A stretch of 25,949 nt of DNA, taken from positions 1 to 25,949 of the IMG/VR virus record IMGVR_UViG_3300037470_000191; one strand, written 5' to 3'. The position numbers were made by a program, and so were the translations under genes. The DNA comes from a virus (taxonomy: Duplodnaviria; Caudoviricetes). The first letter of the stretch is position 1. Every line of letters starts with the position of its first letter. The notes beneath the pieces are model-generated. The model saw only the letters and a program-made list of their open reading frames with translations. It was not told the origin of the DNA and ran no database searches. This document shows, piece after piece, positions 24,707-25,949 of this stretch.

Positions 24707-25432
24707 TTATTCACCCCTCCAGGGGATTGCGTTGCCATCTCCGGTTACGCCTGCATCATTGATGCTCTGGGTGTTCGCGTCAATCTCGCCTGCCTTGGTA
24801 AATACTATCTGATCGGTGCTGGCCTTGATATCCGTCACGTCAGCGCCCACTGCCGTCAGGGCGGCCGCTGTTGCGGCGCTGTCCGTGCCGCGCATATCGG
24901 TGTTGGCCGTGGTTGTGGCAACCAGCGTCACATTGGCAACCACATCATTCGCCGGATCGAAATTATGAAGGGCCGCGATCAGGCCCGGCACGTCATCGCT
25001 TTGCAATTCGTCGGTGTCCGCAAGAATAGAATCAACCTTGCCATCTGTTGTTGATGCCGCTGCGGCGGTGGCATAGTCGGCTGTATCGAGCGTCCGCGCC
25101 TCAAACTCCGCATTGGTGGGAGGCGGAACGAACAGCTCAATTTCAATTGTAACCGGGTCCATGCTCGCCTCGGTGATATGGAAAGCCATGGCTTCCGTGA
25201 CATTGCCCGCGCCGACTGTCATATCCTCATCAAGCAAAAGTCCGTAAATACCCGGCATGTTGGTGGCATCTATTTCATTGGTCGTCGGAGTAGTCATCGC
25301 CGCCGCTGCCGCACCGTCCCGCGACCGATAGACAGTGAACTCCGTCAGGCCCGTTTCCGGCGTTACCCTGTCCGTCACGTCAACAGCCTTGAAGTACACA
25401 TACTGGTCACTGGTTCCGGACGCGATTCTCAT
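24707..25432 (-). CDS. putative virion fibre/decoration protein
   Basis: AGAGGAG RBS. A/T/D-rich, with a beta-rich N-domain and two ATAAA...VD.I.A.TD repeats. Confidence 0.65.
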   Translation of the reverse strand: MRIASGTSDQYVYFKAVDVTDRVTPETGLTEFTVYRSRDGAAAAAMTTPTTNEIDATNMPGIYGLLLDEDMTVGAGNVTEAMAFHITEASMDPVTIEIELFVPPPTNAEFEARTLDTADYATAAAASTTDGKVDSILADTDELQSDDVPGLIAALHNFDPANDVVANVTLVATTTANTDMRGTDSAATAAALTAVGADVTDIKASTDQIVFTKAGEIDANTQSINDAGVTGDGNAIPWRGE

Positions 25433-25451
25433 TAGTTTTGCTCCTCTTTAT

Positions 25452-25739
25452 TCGTGGCATTCAGGCAGCGGGGCGGCTTCTGTCGTGGGTTGTTGTCGCA
25501 ACCCCCGCGCGCGGAGTTTATGCCGCCGCCTGAATGACAAGCGAGAACGCCACTCCACGGCTCGCCACTCCAGAGAATTCAATCCGGCTTTCGACCGACT
25601 CGGCGGATTTACCCGCAAATAACTGATAGCAAAGGCAATTAGATGCTGAGTTGTTAGCGTTGGTGCCGCCGTTAGCGACAATATCAGTCGTCGAGCCATC
25701 GCCGGTATATGCTTTAAGCCCGCCGCCTGAATGCCACGA
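25452..25739. repeat. 21-bp inverted repeat (1 mismatch) with a third 14-bp partial copy
   Basis: tcgtggcattcaggcagcggg (25452-25472) versus cccgccgcctgaatgccacga (25719-25739). Partial copy ccgccgcctgaatg at 25523-25536. Confidence 0.9.
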
Positions 25740-25949
25740 TCCCTCCTGCACCGATGTCAACTGGATGCCGTCGCCTGTGACAACATCCTGCAGGGCAAGA
25801 TATCCGGTTGTCGCGTAATCAATATTGCCGGTAAAGACCTCATTGCCAATTGCGGGCGTTGTTTGATCAGCGTTCCTTAGAATTACGGCACTGATCATGA
25901 TGCCTTTCGTGTTTGCGGCGGAGAGCTCCACGTTGATGACATCAGAGGC
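25518..25949 (-). CDS. 5'-truncated beta-rich putative virion structural protein
   Basis: The frame is open from the window end (ASDVINVELSAANTKG...) to TAA at 25518. G/T/N/S-rich composition. Confidence 0.7.
   Translation of the reverse strand, partial: ASDVINVELSAANTKGIMISAVILRNADQTTPAIGNEVFTGNIDYATTGYLALQDVVTGDGIQLTSVQEGSWHSGGGLKAYTGDGSTTDIVANGGTNANNSASNCLCYQLFAGKSAESVESRIEFSGVASRGVAFSLVIQAAA

Larger units (their letters stand above)
1..25949. mobile_element. P22-like podovirus genome segment (early recombination operon converging on late morphogenesis/lysis operon)
   Basis: The - strand gene order terS-terL-portal-scaffold-coat-gp4-gp10-gp26 slot-gp14-gp7-gp20-gp16 slot-tail fibre mirrors P22. 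The + strand carries ERF, YqaJ, NinB-like and Lar-like genes. No host housekeeping gene is present. Confidence 0.96.

Noticed and set aside
25335-25622. Alternative C-terminus that inversion between the 21-bp repeats would create (SWHSGSGAASVVGCCRNPRARS...)
   Set aside because: The product is Arg/Cys-rich and unlike a structural domain, and no invertase is in the window, so shufflon-type switching is not supported.
25452-25739. MITE/IS remnant bounded by the inverted repeats
   Set aside because: There is no target-site duplication or transposase, and the enclosed DNA continues the upstream reading frame as a plausible protein.

Overview
The whole window is bacteriophage DNA: about 26 kb of a P22-like podovirus genome or an excised prophage. 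A GC-rich, probably alphaproteobacterial host is inferred, not proven. Two operons converge near 5.2 kb. The + strand (1-5187) is a tightly coupled early operon: a 5'-truncated 19-aa-repeat protein, small hypotheticals, DUF551, an HNH nuclease, an ERF single-strand annealing protein, a YqaJ/lambda-type exonuclease, a second HNH-like protein, NinB-like and Lar-like proteins. The - strand (25949 to 5293) is the late operon: a fibre/adaptor-like cassette, then TerS, TerL, portal, scaffold, P22-type coat, gp4-, gp10-, gp26-slot, gp14-, gp7- and gp20-like proteins, a 1514-aa polyvalent ejection protein (HExxH plus LPD38-like), a lipoprotein moron with its own promoter and terminator, a tail fibre with a P22 head-binding domain, and a five-gene lysis cassette. 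The most notable observations are these. (1) A 28-nt tRNA 3'-end fragment (attP-like) at the convergence point has no integrase beside it and truncates a small gene. (2) An S74 autocleaving chaperone domain is fused to the gp7-slot ejection protein. (3) A 21-bp inverted repeat pairs a late-gene leader with upstream coding sequence. (4) Adjacent 57-bp repeats differ only at non-synonymous positions. (5) The lysis cassette has no canonical spanin pair. All family calls rest on remembered motifs and synteny; no database searches were run.
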